Virus record (IMG/VR): IMGVR_UViG_3300028048_001497
Span: 110,541-174,540 of that record
Length of the DNA: 64,000 nucleotides
Origin: a virus
Lineage: Duplodnaviria > Caudoviricetes
Strand: one strand, 5' to 3'
Part shown: positions 41,367 through 51,134 of the stretch, in pieces
How the letters are laid out: every line of letters begins with the position of its first letter
How positions within the stretch are numbered: position 1 is the first letter of the stretch
Program-made: the position numbers and the translations under genes
Notes under the pieces: generated by a model
The model's database searches: none
What the model was told of the DNA's origin: nothing
Seen by the model: only the letters and a program-made list of their open reading frames with translations

Positions 41367-42146
41367 ATGGCAAGTTTGATTTTAATGGCTATTGGTGCAG
41401 TACTTGTTTTTATTGCACTTTTTGGTTTTTTCTCTTATGCTATTGGTATTATTGGTATGTTTCTTCTCGCAATTCTGCGTGTAGTGTGTGGCTCTTTGTA
41501 TCATACGTTTAATAAGTCTCGTATTAGTTCTAACGTATTGGAATTGGATAGGGATAAACGTATTGCAAAAGAAAATGCAGAAAAAGCAAAGAAAGAAGCT
41601 AAAAAAGCTAAAAGTTTAAAAGAAGCTAATGACCGTTTGGTTTATTCTACGACAAAACAGGTAAACGACCTTAAAATTCGTTATCCGCTTGCTGATGCTT
41701 ATCTGTTTGACGAGTTTGTTACTGCTTTTACTAGCAGAACGGTGAAAGAAGCAAATCAGATTAAAGAACTTATCAAAGAACAACATAATGCACGTTTACA
41801 GGAAAATGTGTCGTACAACAAAGATAGCAAATATACTTTGGATGAAGTTGTATTTTTTGATAAGATGGATGAAGATAGTGCTTATGATATTGTTTGCACC
41901 ATTTATAAACATCAGTTGGATTATATTTTTCTTGCGAATAACAAACTTACAGACGTGAAAGTTATGTATACATCGAAGAATCCAGTCGTTGTAAAACAGA
42001 TGATGCAAAATATGATTAGTAAAGCGAATGAAAACGCGAATAATAATCGTATTCAGAAAGAGCGTAAGAATAAGACTTTGAGTACGGTAGATATTAATGA
42101 TATTATTGCTTATACGTTGAATGAAATGAATGGTAAAAAGGATTAA
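41367..42146 (+). CDS. Membrane-anchored hypothetical protein
   Basis: About 40 hydrophobic N-terminal residues followed by a coiled coil. Confidence 0.7.
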   Translation: MASLILMAIGAVLVFIALFGFFSYAIGIIGMFLLAILRVVCGSLYHTFNKSRISSNVLELDRDKRIAKENAEKAKKEAKKAKSLKEANDRLVYSTTKQVNDLKIRYPLADAYLFDEFVTAFTSRTVKEANQIKELIKEQHNARLQENVSYNKDSKYTLDEVVFFDKMDEDSAYDIVCTIYKHQLDYIFLANNKLTDVKVMYTSKNPVVVKQMMQNMISKANENANNNRIQKERKNKTLSTVDINDIIAYTLNEMNGKKD

Positions 42147-42278
42147 GCATACAGGAAAATTTAATAAAAAGCTAGTGGTGTAAAGAACGAATAATACAGT
42201 AAACAAATATTATATACAGTTTACTGTATTATTTTTTTGATGAACGTTATTGTACTTTTTTAAAATTAATTATATTAG

Positions 42279-42566
42279 GTGATTAATGTGAAGAAACATG
42301 AAATAGCAAAAAAGATTGCTAACCGTATGGACGGTTTAACATTACAACAGATTGAGGATTGTGTAGATTGCTTTTTTGAAGTATTAACAGAAGCACTTGC
42401 AGAGGGAGATTCCTTTAATCAGAAGAATTTTGGTACATTTAAATGCGTAGACCGCGCTCCACGTAAAGGACGTAACCCACAGACACGTGAAGTAGTAGAT
42501 ATTCCTGCAACGAGAGCGTTAAAGGTTGTTGTATCAAAGAGCTTAAAAGATACGCTAAACAAGTAA
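42279..42566 (+). CDS. Second HU/IHF family protein (start possibly GTG 42288)
   Basis: NFGTFKCVDRAPRKGRNPQTREVVDIPA. Confidence 0.9.
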   Translation: MINVKKHEIAKKIANRMDGLTLQQIEDCVDCFFEVLTEALAEGDSFNQKNFGTFKCVDRAPRKGRNPQTREVVDIPATRALKVVVSKSLKDTLNK

Positions 42567-42724
42567 AATATTCAAAGACATATCATATAAATGGTATGTC
42601 TTTTTAGTTATGCAAATTGCAGATATGACAATAGAATAAATCTATGTTATTATTGAGAAATAATAAAAATTACAGAATTGAGGTGAAAAAGGTAGGTGTG
42701 AAAACATAATTTTTATTATTTTGT

Positions 42725-43117
42725 ATGAGGAATGTTTTCCCCTACAAATTTAAAATGAATAGTTCAAGATTTTTTGATGAAGAAGTGTTAGCTTGCCCGC
42801 ATTGTGGTTGGCAACCAGATAATGGGATTAGTCGTAAATTATTAAGATTTTTAGATAAATTACAAAAGCAAATAGATGAACCACTAAGCATAGCTTGTTG
42901 TGCTAGATGTGAAGAATACAATGATTTGGTTCATGGTTATGAAGATAGCTACCATATCAAGGGAAAAGCAGTTGATATTAATGTTCCTGATGATATGTAT
43001 ATAGATGAATTTGCCGATATTTGCGAAGAATGTGGTGCAGAAGGGATTGTTTTAAAGTATGATGAAAATATTGTACACGTGGATATGCGTGGACAAAAGA
43101 AACGTTACGAAGAATAA
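42725..43117 (+). CDS. Peptidase M15 family zinc peptidase
   Basis: RCEEYN...SYHIKGKAVDI...VHVDMR. Confidence 0.85.
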   Translation: MRNVFPYKFKMNSSRFFDEEVLACPHCGWQPDNGISRKLLRFLDKLQKQIDEPLSIACCARCEEYNDLVHGYEDSYHIKGKAVDINVPDDMYIDEFADICEECGAEGIVLKYDENIVHVDMRGQKKRYEE

Positions 43118-43224
43118 TCAATAGACCGTTATATCAATGCGATATGACGGTTTTTTGTTATATTAAAATGATTTTGAAGTATAATATAGTTTAGATTGAT
43201 AAAATTTGTTGGAGGAATTAAATT

Positions 43225-43560
43225 ATGAGCGTTCAGACATATTCAACAATGATAGTACCCAATTATAATGCAATTCAGTATTTTGATAATGTACCAAATA
43301 GTAAAAAATTCAAAATTTATACAGATAAAGAAAAAGAAGTACAAGGAAAATGTGTAACTTTTTTTGATGATAACAAAGGCGATGCACAAGAAATTATAAA
43401 AAATGCCAGTCAAATTTTAGATGCATTAGATAAAAAAGAAAACATTAATATTTTTAATGAACAAGGCGTAGAATATACATTTGAAACAGAAAGAAAATTA
43501 TATTTCTATGCAAAAAATGTAGAACATCCATTTAAAATTTATGTTGACATTGAAATTTAA
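43225..43560 (+). CDS. Hypothetical protein
   Basis: 111 aa, GGAGG RBS. Confidence 0.7.
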   Translation: MSVQTYSTMIVPNYNAIQYFDNVPNSKKFKIYTDKEKEVQGKCVTFFDDNKGDAQEIIKNASQILDALDKKENINIFNEQGVEYTFETERKLYFYAKNVEHPFKIYVDIEI

Positions 43561-43561
43561 T

Positions 43562-43590
43562 TTGACTATTTTTTAAAAATGGGATATGAT
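43562..43590 (+). promoter_or_regulatory. sigmaA promoter of the gyrB unit
   Basis: TTGACT-N17-TATGAT. Confidence 0.7.
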
Positions 43591-43621
43591 ATAGATATAA
43601 ATATTGGAAGGAGAAAACCAT

Positions 43622-43687
43622 ATGAGTGATACCTTAAAAGTAAATAATGATTATGGTGTAAATAATGATTATGAGGTTGTAATATGA
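43622..43687 (+). pseudogene. Remnant original gyrB 5' end (21-aa mini-ORF)
   Basis: AAGGAG RBS; MSDTLKVNNDYGVN resembles the GyrB start MSNKELQVNNRYGVN; stop overlaps the endonuclease ATG (ATGA). Confidence 0.7.
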
Positions 43688-44685
43688 TAATCACTAAAAT
43701 TGTAACAAAAAGCTGGAATCCAAAAAACAAAAATTATTTTATTGATAAAGGCTATTCGTTTACAAAGATGTTTGATAAAATTAAAGTTAAAGTAAATGAT
43801 TTGCCAAATAGTGATAAAAGTATAGTTGATTGTGAATGTAACCAATGCCATAAACATTTTATAACTAAATATTATCGAGTTTATAATAATTGTTTATGTC
43901 AACAATGTAAAACAAAGATAACATATCAAAAAAAGTATGGTACAGACCATCCTATGAAGAATAAACAATTTAAGAAAAAATTTGATAAATGTATTAAAGA
44001 TAAATATGGTGTTGAAAATGTTTTTCAATTAGATTGTGTTAAAGAAAAAATTACAAAAACGCTAATTAACAAATATGGTGTAGAACATCCATTACAAAAC
44101 AAAAATATTTTAGAAAAAGAAAAGCAAACTAATCAGAAAAAATATGGTGTTGATTTTATAATGCAAAATTCTGAAATGTTTAATAAATCTAAATCAACGT
44201 GTAAAAAACATTATAATGTTGATTCTCCATTAAAAAATAAAGATATTTTAAATAAACAAAGAAATACTATAAAAAATGGTTCTAAATATCAAAAATTAAT
44301 TTGTCAATGGACAAATGGATTGTTTGATTATAAATTTTATCAGTATAAATTAGATATTGCTTTACTAGAAACAAAAACTGATATTGAATATGATGGTGGT
44401 GGGCATGATTTAGAAATTCAATTAAAGGGAAGTAGTTTACATGAATTTAAAATTAAAGAAAATGAACGCAATACTTTTTTAAACAAACACGGATGGAATG
44501 TTATTAGAATTGTATCTAAACATGACCGCTACATTAATAAAAACGATTTGCTTTTTTTAATTCATATTTTAATTAACAAAAATATTAAATTAAGTATAAT
44601 TAATATTGACAATGAAACTGTTGAATTTAATAATAAAACATTTTCATTTAACGATGTGTTGTTTAAAGGAGATAACAATGTCTAA
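43684..44685 (+). CDS. Putative free-standing homing endonuclease (KYG repeats plus Vsr/DUF559-like nuclease domain)
   Basis: Cys cluster; repeated KYGVE(N/H)P units; LDIA...IEYDGGGH...RN.FL...GWNVIRI. Confidence 0.75.
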   Translation: MIITKIVTKSWNPKNKNYFIDKGYSFTKMFDKIKVKVNDLPNSDKSIVDCECNQCHKHFITKYYRVYNNCLCQQCKTKITYQKKYGTDHPMKNKQFKKKFDKCIKDKYGVENVFQLDCVKEKITKTLINKYGVEHPLQNKNILEKEKQTNQKKYGVDFIMQNSEMFNKSKSTCKKHYNVDSPLKNKDILNKQRNTIKNGSKYQKLICQWTNGLFDYKFYQYKLDIALLETKTDIEYDGGGHDLEIQLKGSSLHEFKIKENERNTFLNKHGWNVIRIVSKHDRYINKNDLLFLIHILINKNIKLSIINIDNETVEFNNKTFSFNDVLFKGDNNV

Positions 44686-46439
44686 TAAAGAGTTACAAGT
44701 AAATAACAGATATGGTGTAAACCAAATTAAAATGTTGAAAGGTCTTGAAGCTGTAAGATGTAGAGCTTCTATGTACATTGGTTCTACGTCACAGTCAGGC
44801 ATTGACCAACTTGTATATGAAATCATTGATAACTCTATTGATGAATTTGTAGCAGGTTGGGGTAATGAAGTAGATGTACACGTATATAAAGATTGTTCTG
44901 TAAAAGTTGTAGACCACGGCAGAGGTATTCCTGTTGGTAAAAGTGAAACGTTTAAAGACGAAGATGGTAATCCGATTGATACTTTGACAGGTATTCTTAC
45001 AAATCTTCATGCAGGTGGTAAGTTTACATCTGATGGATACAAATGTTCATCGGGATTGCACGGCGTTGGAAGTACATGTGTCAATGCATTATCTGATTCG
45101 TTTGACGTAATTGTTAAACGTGATGGATATACATGGCATCAACATTTTAGCGAAGGTAATCCAACAACGGAAGTTGAAAAACTTGAACCAACTAAAGAAA
45201 CAGGAACAATAATTAAATATCATCCTGATAAAAAGATTTTTAAATTAACATTACAACCTAGTGAACACATTAAACATCGTTTAAGTGAATTAGCTTCACT
45301 TAATGCAGGATTGAAAATTAATTATATTAATGAATTAACAGGAGATAATATTTCCTATCATTTTGAAGATGGCATTACAGGATATACACTTCATATGATA
45401 GGTGATAAACAGAGATTGTATGATACTCCTTTTTCATTTGAAGATACATATGAAGAAGAAAATGGTCATGCAATTATGTGTGATATTTCATTTATCCACG
45501 ATGATGAAACAGAACCTAATTCAAAACTAAAAAGTTTTGCAAATAACATTAATACTTATGAAGGTGGTTATCATCTTCAAGGTTTTAAAAACGGTTATAA
45601 AGATTGCATTAATAATTATGGCATCGAACGAAAACTTATTAAAGAACCTATTGAAATGCAATATTTAATGGATGGTTTATATGCAACTATTTCTATTAAA
45701 CTTTATCAACCGGAATTTGAAGGCCAAACAAAAACTAAATTAGGAAATAAAGAAGCCCAAGATGCAGTTGATTTTGTTATTCATAAATACTTTGAAAAAA
45801 TTACAAAGCAAAAAAGCAAAAAAGAAATTCTTGATGCTATTGTAAATAGAGCAATCAAAGTAAAAGAAGCAGAATTAAATGCAAGAAAAGCTAGAGCAAT
45901 TAGTCGAAAGTCTAAAAAACTTATGAAAACTAGTTTACCTGGTAAACTAGCAGATTGTTCTAATAAAAATGGATATACAGAATTGTGGATGTGCGAAGGT
46001 GATTCCGCAGCAGGAAGTATGAAAGAAGGACGAGAACGTTCATATCAAGCAGTATTAGGATTAAGAGGTAAAATTCTTAATGTTAATAAGGCAGATATGA
46101 GTAAAATACTTGCTTCTGATACAATCAAAGGTATCGTTGCTTCTATTGGAGGTGGAATTGGGAAAACATTTAATTTGGATGATGTACGATATGATAAGAT
46201 AATTATTGGCACAGATGCGGATGTGGACGGTGAGCATATAAGAACTCTAGTTCTTACATTGTTCTATTATTATATGCCAAAACTTATCGAATCGGGTCGT
46301 GTATATTCTGCACAACCACCACTTTATAGAATTATTAAAAAGAATAACGAATCTGTATATTTATTAAGTGATTCAGAACTAAAAGAATATCGTAAAAAAC
46401 ATAAAGGTGAATCATATCAAGTAAACCGATTCAAAGGGT
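44678..46439 (+). CDS. gyrB: Type IIA topoisomerase subunit B, exon 1
   Basis: EIIDNSIDE, DHGRGIP, LHAGGKF, EGDSA, LRGKILN, TDADVDG; ends RFKG at the intron; AAGGAG RBS with ATG 44678. Confidence 0.95.
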
Positions 46440-47442
46440 GAGCGAAAAACTTGGCCCTCACAGATTTTTCTATTTATCAGCAGGGTACACAATATAATGG
46501 TTGTGTGCTAACGGAACGAGCCTGACCGTGTAATGACGAAGGTAAGCCCGTGGGAACGATTATATTTTTTCATTTTCACTTTATTTTACTTTTGAAGGTG
46601 GGGTGAAGTGAAATGAAAACAGGTGTATATAAAATAACAAACATTATAAATAAACAGTGCTATGTTGGAATTTCGTTAAATATTTTTAAACGTTGGAATA
46701 CACATATTAATAATGTATATAATGATAATTGTCCTGAAAGTGACAAAGCATTGTATAAAGCCATGAGAAAATATGGTATTGAAAATTTTACTTTCCAAAT
46801 TATTGAATTTTGTTCTGAAAATGAATTGCAACAAAAAGAAATTCAATGGATAAATCACTTCAATTCTTACAAAGATGGTTATAATGAAACTGTTGGTGGA
46901 GACATTGGTGGTTTTGAGAGGGGTGGAGATTTACATCCCAATCACAAATTAACTATTGAAGATGTTGTTGATATTCGTATGCGCTATGGCAAACTTGAAC
47001 GAAAAAAAACGGTATATGAATTATATAGGAATAAAATTGGTAAAAGTGGTTTTGATAAAATTTGGAATGGCGAAACTTGGAAAAATGTTATGATGGAAGT
47101 TTATACTAAAGAAAACAAACAACATCATAAAATTAATACAGGAAATTTGGGAGCTACAAATGGTAGAGCCTTGCTGACTGTAGAACAAGTAAAAGATATT
47201 AGACAGCGAAAACGAAATGGTGAGAGTATCAAAACGGTGTTACACGACTACAAAGATGTTGTATCACAAAAATATTTATATAATGTTTGGAATGAATATA
47301 CTTGGAAAGAAATATAATTGACCTGTATCGACTATCCCTCGGAAGGGGAGTAGGGGTGCTATTGATACGTACCTCGAAAAGGTCTGACGGCTAGTAGCCG
47401 TTAAGAGATAGTCAGTGCTTATAGAAATATAAGGTAAACACG
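46440..47442 (+). mobile_element. Group I intron in gyrB
   Basis: 5' splice site after U with P1 (agggU/Gcccu); P3 cagatttttc/gaaaaggtctg; P7 gactat/atagtc; terminal G; splicing restores KGLGEM. Confidence 0.93.
46613..47317 (+). CDS. Intron-encoded GIY-YIG homing endonuclease
   Basis: GVYKITN...YVGIS...GYN; two C-terminal LT.E.V.DIR HTH-like repeats. Confidence 0.9.
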   Translation: MKTGVYKITNIINKQCYVGISLNIFKRWNTHINNVYNDNCPESDKALYKAMRKYGIENFTFQIIEFCSENELQQKEIQWINHFNSYKDGYNETVGGDIGGFERGGDLHPNHKLTIEDVVDIRMRYGKLERKKTVYELYRNKIGKSGFDKIWNGETWKNVMMEVYTKENKQHHKINTGNLGATNGRALLTVEQVKDIRQRKRNGESIKTVLHDYKDVVSQKYLYNVWNEYTWKEI

Positions 47443-47633
47443 TAGGTGAAATGAATCCTGAACAATTAAAAGAAACAACAATGGATATTCATAATAGAAC
47501 ATTACGTAGAATTACACTTGAAGATGCCAAAGAAGTAGCAGAACTTTTTGAGACATTGATGGGTAAAGATGTAACAAAACGCAAACAATTTATTGAAGCA
47601 AATTCTGATATGGTGGATTTGGAAGCACTATAA
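47443..47633 (+). CDS. gyrB: Type IIA topoisomerase subunit B, exon 2
   Basis: (L)GEMNPEQLKETTM...LMG...RKQFI is the GyrB C-terminus. Confidence 0.93.
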
Positions 47634-47637
47634 AACT

Positions 47638-47671
47638 AAGGATAAGAGTAAAAATTACTCTTATCCTTTTT
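47638..47671 (+). terminator. Intrinsic terminator
   Basis: aaggataagagtaa/ttactcttatcctt plus T tract. Confidence 0.75.
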
Positions 47672-47749
47672 ATACAATAAATTAAGTGTTATTTTAAGAT
47701 GTTTTAATTATTTTATATATAGAATAATAAATAAGGACGGTAGTAACAA

Positions 47750-48283
47750 ATGGCTGAGTTATGGATTGCTATGGATATAGATGATGAATATGCAAAAAAT
47801 CAATTAGCTTATTATCAAACTGTTTTAAAGGGTTATACTCATGGAGATTGGTGTGACCCTAATGATTTTCATATTACATTAGATTATATCGGTGAAAACG
47901 AAGATGATTTTGAAAAAGTAGTAGATGCTATGAAAATCTATGAAAAAGAAACGGATTTATATAATCAATATGTTTTTGGTAATAATGTTGGTCGTTTTGA
48001 TGGCGGTGCTATGTGGATAGGTGTAGATGATAGTTTTAAATTATATCAGATACATTATCGTATAGAGGAATTATTAAAACAGGTTGGTTATCAAAAAGCT
48101 CCTAGCAAATTTCCTAATTATACACCACATATTACTATGGCTTTTAATACACCTAAAATGGATTTTTCTGTAAAAATGAGTAAAGTGCCGATTCCTGTTA
48201 CGAATATTACTTTATGGAACTCATTTAAAGTAAATGGACAATATGTAGATAATTTTTTATATAAAATTAATTTGACGAAATGA
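47750..48283 (+). CDS. 2H phosphoesterase (LigT/ThpR-like)
   Basis: Two HxT motifs, FHITL and PHITM. Confidence 0.85.
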   Translation: MAELWIAMDIDDEYAKNQLAYYQTVLKGYTHGDWCDPNDFHITLDYIGENEDDFEKVVDAMKIYEKETDLYNQYVFGNNVGRFDGGAMWIGVDDSFKLYQIHYRIEELLKQVGYQKAPSKFPNYTPHITMAFNTPKMDFSVKMSKVPIPVTNITLWNSFKVNGQYVDNFLYKINLTK

Positions 48284-48296
48284 AAGAAGATTTATT

Positions 48297-48497
48297 ATGA
48301 ATCAAGAATTGACTAGAAGTAAACATAAGCATGAGTATAGTAATGCAGGATTATACAATTGTCCTCATTGTCAACATATGTTTGAAGGAGAACAAGCATT
48401 ACATGATATTTGTGCTAATTGTATGGGTGGAGACAAATATTTGGAGAAACCATTAACGGATTTTGAAAAATTATTTAATCGTTTACAACGGAATTAA
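48297..48497 (+). CDS. Small Zn-binding hypothetical protein
   Basis: CPHC...CANC. Confidence 0.55.
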   Translation: MNQELTRSKHKHEYSNAGLYNCPHCQHMFEGEQALHDICANCMGGDKYLEKPLTDFEKLFNRLQRN

Positions 48498-48604
48498 AAG
48501 GAAGTTATAGCACTTCCTTTTTTTCACAAATAATTTTTAGTTGACGATTTTATTCTTTTTGTGCTACAATATTGCTAAACAAAGAATGGAGGATAATATA
48601 GATT

Positions 48605-50989
48605 ATGGCAAAAAAACAAAAAGAAGATATAGAATCTTTGGTCGCAGAAGAAAATATTATTGATTGTGATTTAAGAGACGAATTGCCACGTTCATACATG
48701 GATTATACTATGTTATCTATTATTGGACGTGCTTTGCCTGATATTCGTGATGGATTAAAACCTGTTCAACGTAGAATTTTATATTGTTGCAAAGAAAAAG
48801 GCTATGATAGCAATAAGCAATATATTAAGAACGCTAAAATTAGTGGTGACGTAATGGGTAATTATCATCCACACAGTTCTTGTTATGGTACAGTTGCTAA
48901 TATGGCTCAACCGTGGGTATATCGTTATCCACTTATTGACTTTCATGGGAACGTTGGTTCAATTGATGGTGATTCACCTGCAAGTGAACGTTATACCGAA
49001 GGACGTTTAGCTAAAACGTCTTATGCAATTTTAGAAGATGTGTTAGATAAGCATTGTGTAGAATTTAGGGATAATTATTCTGAAACATTAAAAGAACCAG
49101 TTATTTTACCAGGTCTATTTCCTAATTTTTTAGCAAACGGTTGTCCAAATGCTATTGCAGTAGGTTATACATCTTGTGTTCCATCACATAATCTAAATGA
49201 AGTATGTGACGGTATCATTTATGCAATTAAGCATAAAGATTTTACGCTAGATGATATTTTAAAGATTATTAAAGGACCAGATTTCCCTTATGGTGGTATG
49301 ATGCTTAAAAAAGGTATCAAATCACTTTATGAAACAGGCGAAGGTTCTTTATCTTTTAGAGCTAATTACAAAATTGAAAATAATGCAGAAAATGGTAATC
49401 CACAGATTGTATTTACAGATATGCCACCGTTTTCTGATAAACCAAAACTGATTGAAAAAATCCATGATATGATTATGGAGAAAACATTGCCTAGAACAAT
49501 TAGTGTTCGTGATGAATCTAAAGGCTTAGATATTCGTATTGTTATTGAATGTCAAAAAACTGCTAATATTCCATTACTTATCAAGGATTTGTATGAAAAA
49601 ACCAAGTTACAGGCTAATGCTTCTTTCCATATGAGAGGTGTATTGGATAAGGAATTAAAATTAGTTACTCTAGTTGATTATATCAATACATATATTGATT
49701 TTAGAAAAGAAGTATTGAAGAATCGTTATTCTTATTTAGTAGAAGCTGATAGCAAAAAATTAAATATTCAAAAAGGTTTGGCTAAGGTTATTGATGATAT
49801 TAAAACGGCAGTTAATATCATTATTGATAGTGAAACCGTTGATGACGCAAAAACCAAATTGACCAAAAAATATGATTTGAACGAAGAACAGGTAGTCTAT
49901 ATTTTAGACCAAAAAACTCGTTCTTTGGTTCATAAAGATAGAGAAGTTATTTTTAAGAAGATTAAAGAGCTTGAAGATAATATTTCTCAATATCAGACAT
50001 ATTTGAATGATGATTCTGCTATGGAACAACTTATGGTAGACCAGCTAGAAGGGCTAAAGAAAGACTTTGGTGATAAACGCAGGACAACCATCGTATCTAG
50101 CTTTGAAAGTGATTCTACGTCCATACATGGAGTTTCAGAGGATGTTTATGCAGTTCTTTATGCCAATGGTAAGGTCAATGTATACGAAGAAGATGAATAT
50201 CAGAAATTCGTTGATGATAAATCATACAAAGACCGTACAAATCTGTTTGCACAAGCTATGAAAGTAAAACGTTCAGATGATTTGCTTATTATTCGTAAAA
50301 CAGGCATTGTGGAACGTGTTCCTATGAACAGTTTGCAATACAACAATATGAAGTTTGATGATGCCATCAATTTCATTGTCTTTGACGCTAATTCAAACAA
50401 AGTATTGATTTCTGTTCTGAAAAATGGTATGGTAAAGAAAACGCTTGTTAATAAGATGAAGTTTAGAATTAATAATCCAACGCAGATTATTAAGGGAATG
50501 GATTCTGAAATTATTCTTAATAAGCTAGTGAACGATGAAAAAGATGAAACAATTACATTGGCAACAAATAATGGTTGCATTGGTCGTTTTAGCGTTAATT
50601 CATTCGTTGCTACTGCAAGCGGAGCTAAAGCTATGCCAACGTGCAAGTTAGAAGATGGAGATTTTGTTGTTGATTGTAAAATTAGTAATGCTAGTGAAGA
50701 TGCAAATAACAAAATTCTTCTTATCTTTAATTGGGCAAATGATACGTTGGGTTATAAAGTAATGAACCTGTCTGATATGTTGGTAAAAGGAAGAACTGCT
50801 AGGGCATTGAATTATGTTCCTAGTAAGAAATTCAAAAACTTACTTCATATTTACATTTCAAATGGCGAGTTTAAACTTTTGAATAATAAAAATAAAGAAT
50901 ATGTTTTTGATAAATACGAAGTATTTAAACGAGCAGAAAAAGGTTCTGATTTCCATAAAACAATTACTCCAACAAACTTTGTTAATTAA
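48605..50989 (+). CDS. gyrA: Type IIA topoisomerase subunit A
   Basis: RALPDIRDGLKPVQRR, YHPH, catalytic ERYTE, GPDFP; degenerate pinwheel C-terminal domain. Confidence 0.92.
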   Translation: MAKKQKEDIESLVAEENIIDCDLRDELPRSYMDYTMLSIIGRALPDIRDGLKPVQRRILYCCKEKGYDSNKQYIKNAKISGDVMGNYHPHSSCYGTVANMAQPWVYRYPLIDFHGNVGSIDGDSPASERYTEGRLAKTSYAILEDVLDKHCVEFRDNYSETLKEPVILPGLFPNFLANGCPNAIAVGYTSCVPSHNLNEVCDGIIYAIKHKDFTLDDILKIIKGPDFPYGGMMLKKGIKSLYETGEGSLSFRANYKIENNAENGNPQIVFTDMPPFSDKPKLIEKIHDMIMEKTLPRTISVRDESKGLDIRIVIECQKTANIPLLIKDLYEKTKLQANASFHMRGVLDKELKLVTLVDYINTYIDFRKEVLKNRYSYLVEADSKKLNIQKGLAKVIDDIKTAVNIIIDSETVDDAKTKLTKKYDLNEEQVVYILDQKTRSLVHKDREVIFKKIKELEDNISQYQTYLNDDSAMEQLMVDQLEGLKKDFGDKRRTTIVSSFESDSTSIHGVSEDVYAVLYANGKVNVYEEDEYQKFVDDKSYKDRTNLFAQAMKVKRSDDLLIIRKTGIVERVPMNSLQYNNMKFDDAINFIVFDANSNKVLISVLKNGMVKKTLVNKMKFRINNPTQIIKGMDSEIILNKLVNDEKDETITLATNNGCIGRFSVNSFVATASGAKAMPTCKLEDGDFVVDCKISNASEDANNKILLIFNWANDTLGYKVMNLSDMLVKGRTARALNYVPSKKFKNLLHIYISNGEFKLLNNKNKEYVFDKYEVFKRAEKGSDFHKTITPTNFVN

Positions 50990-51038
50990 AATTTAATGAT
51001 ATACCGTACTAAAAAACAGTACGGTATATTTTTCTAGT

Positions 51039-51067
51039 TTGACATAAAATTGATTTTAAGATATAAT
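51039..51067 (+). promoter_or_regulatory. Consensus sigmaA promoter upstream of clpX
   Basis: TTGACA-N17-TATAAT. Confidence 0.8.
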
Positions 51068-51134
51068 GAATGTAGAGAGATATTTCATAGGTAGAGAAAT
51101 ATTCAAATGTATAAAATAGGTAGGTGCAAGTTCT

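Noticed and set aside
44606-44677. ORF-track N-terminal extension of gyrB (similarly the extensions at 34144, 33478 and 57687)
   Set aside because: Better RBS-supported starts exist at 44678, 34222, 33520 and 57729
47451-47633. Stand-alone 60-aa gene, or gyrB as a pseudogene
   Set aside because: It is gyrB exon 2, joined by group I splicing
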